Shown here: piece by piece, positions 9,940-19,992 of the stretch | How positions within the stretch are numbered: the first letter of the stretch is position 1 | Layout of the letters: each line of letters starts with the position of its first letter | Assembly (NCBI GenBank): GCA_036478815.1 | Contig: JAZGEP010000209.1 | Coordinates: 1-51,511 of the forward strand | DNA from: Methylococcales bacterium | Lineage (GTDB): Bacteria > Pseudomonadota > Gammaproteobacteria > Methylococcales > DRLZ01 | Length of the DNA: 51,511 bases | Reading direction: 5' to 3' | Made by a program: the position numbers and the translations under genes | The notes under the pieces: model-generated | Seen by the model: the letters and a program-made list of their open reading frames with translations, nothing else | What the model was told of the DNA's origin: nothing | Databases searched by the model: none

Positions 9940-10155
9940 TTACGGTGTCGATTTCAAAGCATTATGATGTTTTCTGATTCCAGTATAAATACAAACAAAG
10001 GTGATTCCATAGAAAATAAAGAGAGCAAGCCATGTTGATCTGAATTGTTTAAGCTGTGATGCATTTGGAGGCGCTTTCTGAATGTGCCAACAGATCATTT
10101 CTTCGTTGATACCCTGCCCGGCAACATATGCTTTGCTATGTTTCGGAATACTCAT
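9940..10155 (-). CDS. possible small membrane protein (hypothetical)
   Basis: 71 aa from ATG 10155 with one C-terminal TM (WLALFIFYGITFVCIYTG). The longer ORF-track version starts inside a MITE. No family recognised. Confidence 0.25.
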   Translation of the reverse strand: MSIPKHSKAYVAGQGINEEMICWHIQKAPPNASQLKQFRSTWLALFIFYGITFVCIYTGIRKHHNALKSTP

Positions 10156-10161
10156 TTGATT

Positions 10162-10285
10162 GTAACTACTCAGCTTACCCTCTATTTTATCCAATAGCCG
10201 CGTTGAAAGTACTCATTTATACCTATAAACTCCGCGCTTTCACCTTGCTCTTGAATAAAATAGAGGGCAATCTGAGCAGTTACCT
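10162..10285. mobile_element. MITE, D-type, opposite orientation to the 7250-7370 copy
   Basis: Colinear with the reverse complement of 7250-7370 over its whole length. An extra partial terminus GCTGAGTAATTAC follows at ~10291-10303. Confidence 0.85.
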
Positions 10286-10518
10286 ATTTAGCTGAGTAAT
10301 TACTTTTAATCAAGATGGCCAGGTTGACAAATTAGTTCGGATGATTTGGGGATAATCTGAATTGGACTCATCCAACATATAACGATTACAGTAATGACCA
10401 TAGTAATAATACTGTAACCGAAACAATGCCAAATAATTAGCATCCCTCCATACACACCTGACCAAGAAATCATTTCGATTAGCCGAACAATTATACACGA
10501 ATAGTATTTTGATGAAAG

Positions 10519-12291
10519 TCAGAGTTCTGAGTTTTCAGCCTGATCCCTGAACTGCAATTGATGAAGTCGGGCGTAATGTTTATTTAATGCCAGCAACTGT
10601 TGATGCGTGCCGGATTCAACAATTCTGCCGTGTTTTAGTACCAGAATCTTATCCGCTTTTTCTACGGTCGATAGCCGATGTGCAATAACAATGGTCGTGC
10701 GACCTGCCATCGCATGTTCCAGGGCATTCTGTATTTTTCGTTCTGAGGCTGAATCCAGCGCTGATGTGGCTTCATCTAGGATTAACAATGGAGCATCTTT
10801 CAATAAAGCACGTGCTATTGCCAGACGTTGGCGTTCGCCACCCGAAAGTCGAACGCCATTTTCACCAACCAAAGTGTCAAGTCCAGCAGGCATGTTGCGT
10901 ATAAAGTCCATGGCATTTGCGGCTTCTGCTGCGGCTTCTATTTGCTCAGTTGTGGCATCGTACAGTGAGCCGTAGGCAATGTTATGGGCAATCGTATCAT
11001 TGAATAAACTCACTTGTTGTGGCACTAGTGAGATTTGCCGACGCAGATCTGTCAGGGCTAACTGTTGAATATCAACATCATCAAGTTGAATCACTCCGTT
11101 ACTGACATCATAAAAGCGTGGCAGTAAATTTATTAGCGTTGATTTACCGCTGCCGGAGTGACCAACTAAAGCAATGGTTTGCCCTGGTTCAGCAATAAAA
11201 GAAATCGCATGTAATGCAGCTACTTCTGTATTGGGATAACCAAAACTGACATTGTCAAACACCACTTTACCAGTTGCTCTGCTCATGGTCTGCTGTCCTA
11301 AGTCCAGCTCGCCTGGTTGATCGAGCACCTCAAAGACACTCTGTGCAGCTGCAATTCCTTTTTGTATTTTGGAATTAATCGAGCTGAGCTGACGTACTGG
11401 CTTGGGTATTAGAATAGCGGCTGTGATATAAGCAATAAATTCTCCGGTGCTAGCACCAGTCATCATCGAAAGAGCTAGTGCTACAAGAATCGCAATCGCA
11501 ATCGTCACGATGAGTTGCAGTAGTGGCGTATGGATGGCAGAGGCGATTGCCAAGCGTAACGATTGCTTGAAGTTCATATGGCTGGCTTGATGAAAACGGC
11601 GTTTCTCATCGTCTTCACCGCCAAAACTGCGCACCACACGGTAGCCGTGAATTAATTCAGATGCGACATGGGTTACATCGCCCATTGAGGACTGAATTTT
11701 ATGACTGATTTTACGAAAACGCTTGCTCGCCTTGCGCACAATCAACCAGATAATGGGTGTTAAAGCGAGAAAAATCAATGACAATTGCCAGTTTAACCAA
11801 GTGATATATCCAAGCAAGGTAATGACTGTTAATCCTTCACGCACCATTACTTTTAAAGCATCGGTTGCTGCATCAGTAACCTGGGTAACGTTGTAAGTAA
11901 CCCGAGAAATCATATGCCCAGGGTTTTCGTTGTCAAAATAACTGGCTGGAAGTGTCGTGTAATGATCAAACACTTCACAGCGCAAGGTATGAACGATACT
12001 GTTGGATACACGTGCTAAAAAGTAGTTGCCCATAAAACTACCAATGCTGCGTACGGCAATAACAGCAATAAACGCAGGTGGAATCCAGTAAACAAGGTTT
12101 GGTGTTTTGGCATCCATTGCGTCAATGACTTTTTGTAACAACACCGCGACTGCGGGCTGGGTAATTGCGTAGATCAAGAAGCCGATCATACTCAGTGCGA
12201 AGATGCCTGTATAAGGTCGAACGTATGTTAGTAACCTTAAATAAGCAGAGGAACCTGATAGTGTGTGGGGTGTTTGATTGTATGGAGGCAA
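10519..12291 (-). CDS. msbA: ABC exporter, fused permease/ATPase, MsbA-like lipid flippase
   Basis: 590 aa. Six-TM N-terminal half, Walker A GHSGSGKST, signature LSGGERQRLAIARALL, Walker B LLILDEATSALD. Apparent TTG start. Confidence 0.85.
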   Translation of the reverse strand: MPPYNQTPHTLSGSSAYLRLLTYVRPYTGIFALSMIGFLIYAITQPAVAVLLQKVIDAMDAKTPNLVYWIPPAFIAVIAVRSIGSFMGNYFLARVSNSIVHTLRCEVFDHYTTLPASYFDNENPGHMISRVTYNVTQVTDAATDALKVMVREGLTVITLLGYITWLNWQLSLIFLALTPIIWLIVRKASKRFRKISHKIQSSMGDVTHVASELIHGYRVVRSFGGEDDEKRRFHQASHMNFKQSLRLAIASAIHTPLLQLIVTIAIAILVALALSMMTGASTGEFIAYITAAILIPKPVRQLSSINSKIQKGIAAAQSVFEVLDQPGELDLGQQTMSRATGKVVFDNVSFGYPNTEVAALHAISFIAEPGQTIALVGHSGSGKSTLINLLPRFYDVSNGVIQLDDVDIQQLALTDLRRQISLVPQQVSLFNDTIAHNIAYGSLYDATTEQIEAAAEAANAMDFIRNMPAGLDTLVGENGVRLSGGERQRLAIARALLKDAPLLILDEATSALDSASERKIQNALEHAMAGRTTIVIAHRLSTVEKADKILVLKHGRIVESGTHQQLLALNKHYARLHQLQFRDQAENSEL

Positions 12292-12527
12292 AATGCTACT
12301 TAGAAGTGAATAGGAAATAGAGCGCTATAGTATATAGGGCTATCAGTGATCACCATAAATAATTTAATAATCTGCCAGTTATTTTTTAGCTGAAGTTTCA
12401 CTGAATGCATATGATTACTCATGGTGATCATCAATTATCAAGCATCGTGAATGCGAATTATTAGCCATTATGTACACCGATTATTATCTGAATGTGAACA
12501 CGTTCTAGATATACCCTCATGCAGAGG

Positions 12528-12577
12528 CAACAGTATCCAGTCAACAGTATCCAGTCAACAGTATCCAGTCAACAGTA
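12528..12577. repeat. 14-bp tandem repeat CAACAGTATCCAGT x 3.6
   Basis: Perfect units at 12528-12541, 12542-12555 and 12556-12569, plus the partial unit CAACAGTA. Located between the fumC stop and the msbA-like start. Confidence 0.95.
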
Positions 12578-12714
12578 GCTGCCTGACTGGTTAGCCTCAT
12601 TTCTCACACCCCGCTTAAACCCCTGAAAAGTGCGCCAGAAATTGTTCATTCCGCTAAAATTGAAATGCTGATTTAATAAATAAATCAAAATTTTTTGAAT
12701 TTCGTGCAATATGT

Positions 12715-14103
12715 CTAGGCCTCTGACTCTACTCCACCTTTCGTCAATTGTACGGGTTCCAACAGTTGACTCAGTCTCTCACGCGGAATATCGGTAAGCT
12801 CTTCGGCTACATCAATCACAGGACGACCTTGTTGATAAGCTGTTTTGGCAATTTCAGCTGCTTTTAAATAACCGACTATGGGATTGAGTGCGGTGACCAG
12901 AATCGGGTTTCGGCCCAGGGCGTTTTGCAGTGTGTCTTCTCGTACTTCAAAGCCTTTAATTGCTTTTTCTGCCAGCAAGATTGCTGCATTTCCGAGCAAT
13001 TCTATACTTTGTAATACGTTATAAGCAATCACTGGCAACATGACATTGAGTTGAAAATTACCTGATTGTCCGGCGATAGTGATGGTGGTGTCATTGCCAA
13101 TCACTTGCGCTGCAACCATGGTGACTGCTTCTGGAATAACCGGGTTAACTTTGCCTGGCATGATGCTGCTGCCGGGTTGTAAGGCTGGCAAGCTGATTTC
13201 GCCGAGACCGGCAAGTGGGCCGCTATTCATCCAGCGTAAGTCATTGGCGATTTTCATCAAGCTGACTGCAATGACTTTGAGCTGACCGGATAACTCAACG
13301 ACTGCATCTTGACAGCTCAGGCTTTCAAACAATGATTCACTGGGATGAAAAGCCAGTCGGGTTTCGATTGCAAGTTGTTGGGCAAAACGCTCTGCAAATA
13401 GCGGGTGGGCATTGATGCCGGTGCCAACTGCTGTTCCGCCTTGTGCAATAGCATAGACTCGCTGTAACGTATCATGAAGCCGATCCAGTCCATGTCGGAT
13501 TTGTGCTGCCCATGCGCCTAATTCCTGATCCAGACGAATCGGCATGGCATCCATTAAATGAGTTCGCCCGGTTTTGACGACTCTATCTAATTCTTTGGCC
13601 TTTAGTTCAAGTGTTTCCAGCAATGTTTTGAGTGCTGGAATTAAATGGTTGTGAGCCAGCAACGCTGCGCTGAGATGAATTGCAGTTGGGATCACATCGT
13701 TGCTGCTTTGCCCCATGTTGACATGATCATTGGCGCTGACAGGCTCACCACAATAGCGCGTTGCTAATGTAGCAATGACCTCGTTAACATTCATATTGGT
13801 GCTGGTACCAGATCCGGTTTGGAAGACATCGACTGGAAATTGATCTAAATGCTGTCCATCAATAATTTCAGTAGCGGCTTGTTCAATACCAGCTGCTCTG
13901 GTTTCATCAAGCAAGCCCAATTGCTGGTTAATTTGACTGGCGATTTTTTTGATTTGCGCCACGGCTTTAATAAACTCAGTTGGTAGGGGAATACCACTGA
14001 CCGGAAAGTTATTGATTGCGCGTTGAGTTTGCGCGCCATAGAGTGCATCAGCCGGAACGGCTAACTCACCCATGCTGTCTTTTTCAATACGTGTTTTTCT
14101 CAC
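12715..14103 (-). CDS. fumC: class II fumarate hydratase
   Basis: 462 aa. N-terminus [25 protein letters not shown] parallels E. coli FumC. Lyase signature [11 protein letters not shown]. The GTG start overlaps the upstream stop (GTGA). Confidence 0.95.
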   Translation of the reverse strand: MRKTRIEKDSMGELAVPADALYGAQTQRAINNFPVSGIPLPTEFIKAVAQIKKIASQINQQLGLLDETRAAGIEQAATEIIDGQHLDQFPVDVFQTGSGTSTNMNVNEVIATLATRYCGEPVSANDHVNMGQSSNDVIPTAIHLSAALLAHNHLIPALKTLLETLELKAKELDRVVKTGRTHLMDAMPIRLDQELGAWAAQIRHGLDRLHDTLQRVYAIAQGGTAVGTGINAHPLFAERFAQQLAIETRLAFHPSESLFESLSCQDAVVELSGQLKVIAVSLMKIANDLRWMNSGPLAGLGEISLPALQPGSSIMPGKVNPVIPEAVTMVAAQVIGNDTTITIAGQSGNFQLNVMLPVIAYNVLQSIELLGNAAILLAEKAIKGFEVREDTLQNALGRNPILVTALNPIVGYLKAAEIAKTAYQQGRPVIDVAEELTDIPRERLSQLLEPVQLTKGGVESEA

Positions 14104-16586
14104 AGTGTTACTTTCTGAATTGAAGAAATATGTAGAGTAATGGTTTCAGGCGCCAGACAATGCTGATCATTACAGGCTTGTAAATTGATTTGTAGCGGGA
14201 CGAGATGATTGTGTTGTGCCGTTGCTTTTAGTTGCACTTGCAAACTAGCAGTATCCTCGTATAACGCCAGCGGTTGCTGCTGAAATTGCAGCGTTTTGAT
14301 AACCGGTTCTGGATAAATCACAGATTGCAATAACCAACCTGTTTCAGTTTCAGGTAGTGTAATCGTAGTTGCAATTAAATCAGCATCCAGCGGTTTATGT
14401 GCATTAATATGCCAGCCTGATTGCATTGATAACGAGATAGTCACAACACCATTTTGCGTGTTCTTGCTAGTAATACGAACCGCACCTTTTGCAGCATATT
14501 GAATGCTGCCTGTTGCGCCGTGTTCCAGTTCATCTCGCCCCATCAGTAAATAACCATAGCTGGCAGGATAGGTTTTAACTGATCCGGCAAGCGCTCCAAG
14601 TGTGTTGCGAGCCCGATTTTCATAATTCAGATCGTCAGTGCGCCGGGTCAACATCGCCAGTACGCGTAAGGCAACTGAGTTTCCGGAAGGAATCGCACCA
14701 TCGTTAAGATCTTTAGGACGCGCCAGAATAGGTACAGCTTGAGATGGTTCATTCATGAAAAAACCACCCTCCTTAGCATCCCAGAATTTCTCCAACATGG
14801 TATCAGTCAGCGCTTTAGCACGCTCCAACCAGTGAGTTTCACCGCTAACATCATATAAACTCAAAAAAGATTCTGCCAGATAAGCGTAATCTTCCTGACT
14901 AGCCGGTATAGAGGCATTATCATTCAATGATGCTCGCCACAATGAGTTATCCGGCTTGCGATGAAGCTTCCACAAAAACTCAGCAGCCTTGATGGCAGCA
15001 CTGGTGTAACGCGGTTCTTGCAAAGCATCCCCGGCTTCGGCAAGTGCAGTAATCATCATGCCATTCCATGCGGTAACAACCTTATCATCACGCAGTGGGT
15101 GAATGCGTTTTTCGCGTTCCAAGCGCATGATTTCGCGAATTTTATCGAGACGTTGATAGACTTCGGCAATTGCCAGTTTGCTTTGTTCTGCAAATGTAGC
15201 CAGAGAAACTGGTAAATTGAGAATATTCTGGCCTTCAAAATTACCTTGTTTGCTGATACCAAACAGTTTGATTACAAATGTTGCATCATCAGGCTTTAAC
15301 AATGTGTTGATCTGCTCAGTAGTCCACAAGAAAAACAAACCTTCTTCACCTTCACTGTCAGCATCGGTGGCAGAATAAAATCCATTTGAAGGTGTGGTCA
15401 TATCACGCAGCACATAATCCAGAGTCTGACGCGCAACTCTTTGATCAGCGTCATTGCCAGTTTGTTGCCAGGATTGTGTATAAGCTCGAGCAAGTAAAGC
15501 CTGGTTATAGAGCATCTTCTCAAAATGAGGAATTAACCAGTGCGCATCAGTTGCATAGCGAGCAAAACCACCGCCAATCTGGTCATAAATACCACCTTGA
15601 GCCATCGCATCCAGTGTTTTTCTGAGCGCTGTGGTAACAGATTGATCGATATGACGACGATTCTGATCGAGCAAAAATAGCAATGTTGGTTCATGCGGAA
15701 ATTTTGGAGCTGCACTAAAACCACCAAAACGCGCATCAAAACTATCAAGATTTTCCTGAACAGCCTGCTTTGTCAGAGCATCTGTAATTGCTTCGCCCTT
15801 GGCTTTGGCTTCGTTGTGATTTGCAACTGCTTGAGCAATACGCTCTGCCTGAGTATTTAGTTGATCAGGTTGTTGCTCCCAAGCCTGAGCTATTTGCGAT
15901 AGTAGTTCAGAAAATCGATCTGGTGGAAAATATGTTCCACCAAAAAAAGTCTTGCCTTCAGGTGTGAGAAAGCTGCTCATAGGCCAGCCACCGTGCTGAG
16001 TAATCATCATCACTGCTGTCATATAAGCAGAGTCGATATCGGGTCGTTGTTCACGGTCAACCTTGATACTTATAAAATGTTGATTGAGGATTTTGGCGAC
16101 TGCCGGATTATCAAAACTTTCTTCCTCCATCACATGACACCAATGGCAGGTTGAATAACCTATCGACAGAAAAATTGGCTTGTTCTCACGTTTTGCAGCG
16201 GCAAACGCCTCGTCACTCCATGAGTACCAATCAACAGGGTTGTGAGCATGCTGGATTAGATATGGAGAATCCTCCAGAATCAAGCGGTTCAAATAAACCG
16301 GCTTGCCATCTGTCTGCAAATGTTCGGTGCGTGGTTTATAAGTTGCACCTTTAGCAGCAAGCGACTGCTGGAGACGCTGTTGTAACTCTGGTGAATGAGG
16401 CATGGTAATCCTTGTTGGTTTTGAAGAGACCTCGGCATGACCAATGGTTTTCGCGTTAACTGTTGCACTTAAAGTCAGTATGCAACTGAACAACAGCAAC
16501 AAACGAATCGAAAAAATTTGCACATCAGCCATCGGGAATATGTCTTTCAATGAAGTATCAGCTAATTTTACAACAGCTTTGCTCAC
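14100..16586 (-). CDS. secreted thioredoxin-domain protein (DUF255/YyaL-like) with six-hairpin body and DsbD-alpha-like C-terminal domain
   Basis: 828 aa. Signal peptide ([19 protein letters not shown]; ATG 16532 is an alternative start). DUF255 motif [17 protein letters not shown]-terminal ~130 aa end in [13 protein letters not shown], as in DsbC/DsbD-N-type domains. Confidence 0.8.
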   Translation of the reverse strand: MSKAVVKLADTSLKDIFPMADVQIFSIRLLLLFSCILTLSATVNAKTIGHAEVSSKPTRITMPHSPELQQRLQQSLAAKGATYKPRTEHLQTDGKPVYLNRLILEDSPYLIQHAHNPVDWYSWSDEAFAAAKRENKPIFLSIGYSTCHWCHVMEEESFDNPAVAKILNQHFISIKVDREQRPDIDSAYMTAVMMITQHGGWPMSSFLTPEGKTFFGGTYFPPDRFSELLSQIAQAWEQQPDQLNTQAERIAQAVANHNEAKAKGEAITDALTKQAVQENLDSFDARFGGFSAAPKFPHEPTLLFLLDQNRRHIDQSVTTALRKTLDAMAQGGIYDQIGGGFARYATDAHWLIPHFEKMLYNQALLARAYTQSWQQTGNDADQRVARQTLDYVLRDMTTPSNGFYSATDADSEGEEGLFFLWTTEQINTLLKPDDATFVIKLFGISKQGNFEGQNILNLPVSLATFAEQSKLAIAEVYQRLDKIREIMRLEREKRIHPLRDDKVVTAWNGMMITALAEAGDALQEPRYTSAAIKAAEFLWKLHRKPDNSLWRASLNDNASIPASQEDYAYLAESFLSLYDVSGETHWLERAKALTDTMLEKFWDAKEGGFFMNEPSQAVPILARPKDLNDGAIPSGNSVALRVLAMLTRRTDDLNYENRARNTLGALAGSVKTYPASYGYLLMGRDELEHGATGSIQYAAKGAVRITSKNTQNGVVTISLSMQSGWHINAHKPLDADLIATTITLPETETGWLLQSVIYPEPVIKTLQFQQQPLALYEDTASLQVQLKATAQHNHLVPLQINLQACNDQHCLAPETITLHISSIQKVTL

Positions 16587-16746
16587 GCTGCATGGCTAAT
16601 GGAACGATGCTATTTACGTAGTTAAAAGCATGCCTACAATGTTGACTCTTGGTGAATCCAGAGCATGGAATGCATTCAAGTTTGAGAAAAATCAATGGTA
16701 ATAGTTCACAGATAATGTTGTCTACTTCAATTACTGTAAGGTGGTT

Positions 16747-16902
16747 TGACGGAATAAAGTTACCAAGATTGCGCAGGATTTTTGTTTCTGACCAACGCTA
16801 TCTCAAGAGGCGCATAGTCATTCTACGTAACGATTGAGATTGCGTTGGTCAGGAGCAAAAAAACCAGCAAGGTTGGTCACTTTGTTTCGTCAAACCACCT
16901 AA
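16747..16902. mobile_element. MITE, core-1, B-type termini, TAA/TAA flanks
   Basis: TAA-GGTGGTTTGACGGAATAAAGTTACCAAGATTGCGCAGGATTTTTG ... CAAAAAAACCAGCAAGGTTGGTCACTTTGTTTCGTCAAACCACC-TAA. Confidence 0.9.
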
Positions 16903-16943
16903 GGCAATGTAAAAAGACTAACTCTAATAGCTGAAAGCATTAC

Positions 16944-17115
16944 TTAGGAACGTGCATGAAATAACTTGAACAATTGACTTGTCTTTTTGATCATCAGTGT
17001 TGCGAAAACAGTTACATGGCTCACTAAGCGCCTGTTTTCGCGCCTTGAATATGAACAGTAATTTGACAAAAATGGCCTACGTTAATTGTTCAAGTTATTT
17101 CATGCGCGTTCCTTA
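16944..17115. mobile_element. MITE, core-2, A-type termini, TTA/TTA flanks
   Basis: TTA-GGAACGTGCATGAAATAACTTGAACA ... ACAGTTACATGGCTCACTAAGCGCCTGTT ... TGTTCAAGTTATTTCATGCGCGTTCC-TTA. Confidence 0.9.
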
Positions 17116-17202
17116 AAGGAAGTTAATCATGTATGAAAGTCGTTCATTGTTAATGTAGTATCAGGTGTTTCCATCAATTCTAGCAATCAGGAGGAAATTA
17201 TT

Positions 17203-17661
17203 ATGCCAGAACCCAAATCGGAACATTCAAAAAATAAGCTAACAACACTGTTTCATCAGGTCACCACATTGCCTGGTATTGTGTCTATCGCTGTTGTTCT
17301 TGCGATGCTTTTTGTCTACATAACCGCAGCACCTGGAGAAGTGGGGATAGCCAATGTTGATTATGCGAGAGGGATGATCACCTTGTTATTCGCCGTAGGC
17401 ACGGTAATGATCGCTTTATTACTGACCCTGAGTGCGATATTTCTAACAGGTGATGATGCTAAAGAACGATTCGATCGTGGCAAGGAGGTTCTAAGTTTGC
17501 TAATCGGAATATTCGGCACAATTATAGGCTTTTATTTCGGTTCAGCGACTCAAGAAAAAACCGTAAGCAACGACCCTGTTCAGCAACAAGAAAGATCAAT
17601 AGAAAAACAGCCGCTAATCAAAGACAGTTTGTCAGATGAGAAAGGCAAAACGCTAGAATAG
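17203..17661 (+). CDS. hypothetical membrane protein
   Basis: 152 aa with a strong SD (AGGAGGA 7 nt upstream), three predicted TM helices and a polar C-terminal tail. Confidence 0.6.
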   Translation: MPEPKSEHSKNKLTTLFHQVTTLPGIVSIAVVLAMLFVYITAAPGEVGIANVDYARGMITLLFAVGTVMIALLLTLSAIFLTGDDAKERFDRGKEVLSLLIGIFGTIIGFYFGSATQEKTVSNDPVQQQERSIEKQPLIKDSLSDEKGKTLE

Positions 17662-17953
17662 AAAAGAAGAACCGCTTAGACTGTCGCAATAAGATACATT
17701 TTGTATCGTCAGCTATCCTTTTTTTTGTATTTAAATTTCAATGGGTTGCAGGAGGGCTATGGCCTCATGCGGGCGTTTGGTGTCCCTTAACACGGTGGGG
17801 CTATGCTGGTTAAACGCATTGAGAACTGGCTCTGGTCAAGTGTTACTGTCATCTTGCAGGACACGATGATGGGTTGCTCGAGGTTCTGACGTGCTATGGT
17901 GATTTTTCTGTCTTTCTTGGTCAAGTGGGCATTGAATAGAATGTAATGATTAT

Positions 17954-18400
17954 TCAATCTCCTTTGTGGTCACCAATGCCCAAGAAGCTATCATGTGTCC
18001 AGATTAAGTCTCCAAACTTAAGAGATTCCACTTTTTTCAAAGCGAGTTGATAATTCATAGAGGCCTTTTCAAGATCTCCTTTATCGGATGCTCTTATACC
18101 GTAACGTAACTTTTTAAAACAACTTTCCAGCTTCGGAGCCCAACCTTCACTGGCAATTTCTTTCATTGCTAACATGGTATCTTTGCCATGTTTGAGAGAC
18201 ATCGATTGATCCCCATTATTTGCTGCTTTGATTGCCAGATGGAGTTGTTTTATTCCATTTTTTAACCATTTCTCATTTTCCTCAGAACTACGATCACCAC
18301 CATCATGCCCTAAAATTCCTCTTGCATACGGATTATTTACAAGTAAAACACTAATGACGGTAGTTAGTGCGATTATCACCAGTCTACGCTTTATTTTCAT
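17954..18400 (-). CDS. hypothetical secreted helical protein (possibly small metal-binding SmbP-like)
   Basis: 148 aa with a signal peptide (LVIIALTTVISVLLVNNPYA). Helical repeats with His/Lys spacing (HLAIKAANNGD...KHGKD) loosely recall SmbP. Assignment is weak. Confidence 0.45.
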   Translation of the reverse strand: MKIKRRLVIIALTTVISVLLVNNPYARGILGHDGGDRSSEENEKWLKNGIKQLHLAIKAANNGDQSMSLKHGKDTMLAMKEIASEGWAPKLESCFKKLRYGIRASDKGDLEKASMNYQLALKKVESLKFGDLIWTHDSFLGIGDHKGD

Positions 18401-19206
18401 GAACTTGCCTCGTTAGTTGTATGCACACGTGTGAGCAATCAGCCTGCATTTAGTTATTATGCGCTAGCTTAATCATTTGTAACGGGCAATGTCAATGACC
18501 AGAGTGTGAAAAACTTACAATTCTGATCAATCTGGCACACCGCATGTTGACTGAAGGTGTTGAGCTCAAGCAATAGAACCTCGGGTATTTCATAGGTGTC
18601 TTTCAACAACACATCACTCACAGTCACTCGATCAAGATAGGTTTGTGCCAAGTCAATATACCTGATGGTGAGGTTCACGAATTTACACTACGTGCGTGTT
18701 GTTTGTCATTGTTTTTGAGGGTGGAATGACGCAGCTTAATGTATTGTTCGATACAGCTTCTTGAATTGGCGCAGGTTGTATCGATGCTGTCGCCATCTCT
18801 GACGCAAGTAGGGCATTTCACTCTGGGATTGTCTTACTGATCGAAGAGGAAAGACGAAACAAATTGCTCCAATGGCAGATATTCTCCAGGCTACCGCCTG
18901 TGGATAATGAGAAGTTACCAAATTTGTTCGTAATTCAGTTATTCATTGTTTAAACTCCGAAAAAATCCCTTAGTCTGCACGTTATCTCAAGAATTTCCTT
19001 TGTGCTTCATACTTTTTTCTTCATTAGGTTCAATATTCCTGGCTTAGCAATTGTGACTGCACCAGTCTGAATAATGTAGCACACCAAATTAAACATGTTT
19101 CACCAGAACACCAATTACAACACTGACATACAATATCAACATGTGGTCGGTAATAGCCTCCTACCCACGATTTCTCGAGAAAATAAATCTAATTGATAGA
19201 AACACC

Positions 19207-19249
19207 TGTGATCTGGATCATAGGTGTTTAGCCAAGTCTGTGTTTATAT
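19207..19249 (+). promoter_or_regulatory. CRP-like box TGTGATCTGGATCATA + TG-extended -10 (copy 1 of a conserved module)
   Basis: Box at 19207-19222, embedded in the 28-bp near-palindrome AACACCTGTGATCTGGATCATAGGTGTT. TGtTTATAT at 19241-19249. The box centre is ~29.5 bp upstream of the hexamer (about -41.5). Confidence 0.45.
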
Positions 19250-19992
19250 TGATACACCGTAATAAAACCTGGATTAATAGTTTTAGATAACCTAATAACT
19301 GTAAGATCAGTGTTCAATCATATAAAGCATTGTAAATATGTTAGATGATGTAAAAATTCACAGGGGTCAGAGGTAACTTCATCTGTTATTTTTACTGTTA
19401 ACTTAAATAATTAAAGACCATCTGTTTGCTCAGAATATCCTAGCCCGTAATTGTCACCAGTTGATGAAATGATCGCTTGGCTAGTTGGATTCACAAGGAG
19501 TTTTATGAAGGAGTGGAATAACCGTGTGTAGTTCTGACGGAAGAAAATTTCTTGTGGACTCAAATAGCTCGCGAGGGCTCATCAGAGAGAGAAATGCGGG
19601 CAAGTCTATTCAAAGCCTCCGTTTAATAAAGAAGATGCCATCATGAACAATAACAACAAAACAGTTAATCAATACTCTTAAGTTTTATTTGTTTGTTTAA
19701 TTTTAACCATGAAAGTCATTACGTTAACGAAATTAATGGTTTTATTGTTCGCATTTTAAATAAGATGGAGGTGATAATTGAAATATTAAATACAGAAATA
19801 AAATGAAAATTATTTATCTTGTTGGTGTTCTGAATTCGATAACTTTTATACGTATAATGAGTGGTTATACAGCCTGGTAGCAGTACTACCGATTTTCTGA
19901 TGCCAATGGTCAACTCTAATGCAATCCTTGATTGGGATTGCATTGATGGATTGCAGCACATTAATCTATTGTAGTCATAAAGAGGAAATACT

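Noticed and set aside
10607-10975. Antisense ORFs inside long genes (also 8832..9269, 13079..13285, 15056..15748, 20080..20527, 23884..24222, 26179..26496, 31342..31641, 36293..36721, 39544..40084, 42999..43268, 46408..46806)
   Set aside because: Each lies within and opposite to (or out of frame with) a gene that has strong family signatures. Their compositions (Arg/Ser/Cys-rich) are typical of non-coding frames.
12493-12509. TGTGAACACGTTCTAGA, a weak CRP-like sequence near the tandem repeat
   Set aside because: The second half-site (TCTAG) matches poorly, and the conserved module seen at the three strong sites is absent.
12528-12577. Tandem repeat considered as a CRISPR-like array
   Set aside because: The units are contiguous with no spacers, the period is 14 bp, and no cas genes are present. 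It is a simple tandem repeat.
17740-17900. Locally GC-richer ORF-less patch (GGGTTGCAGGAGGGCTATGGCCTCATGCGGGCG...) that could be an ncRNA or a gene fragment
   Set aside because: I recognised no covarying helices, no known riboswitch, tRNA or intron motifs, and no protein-like frame. Too little evidence for a call.
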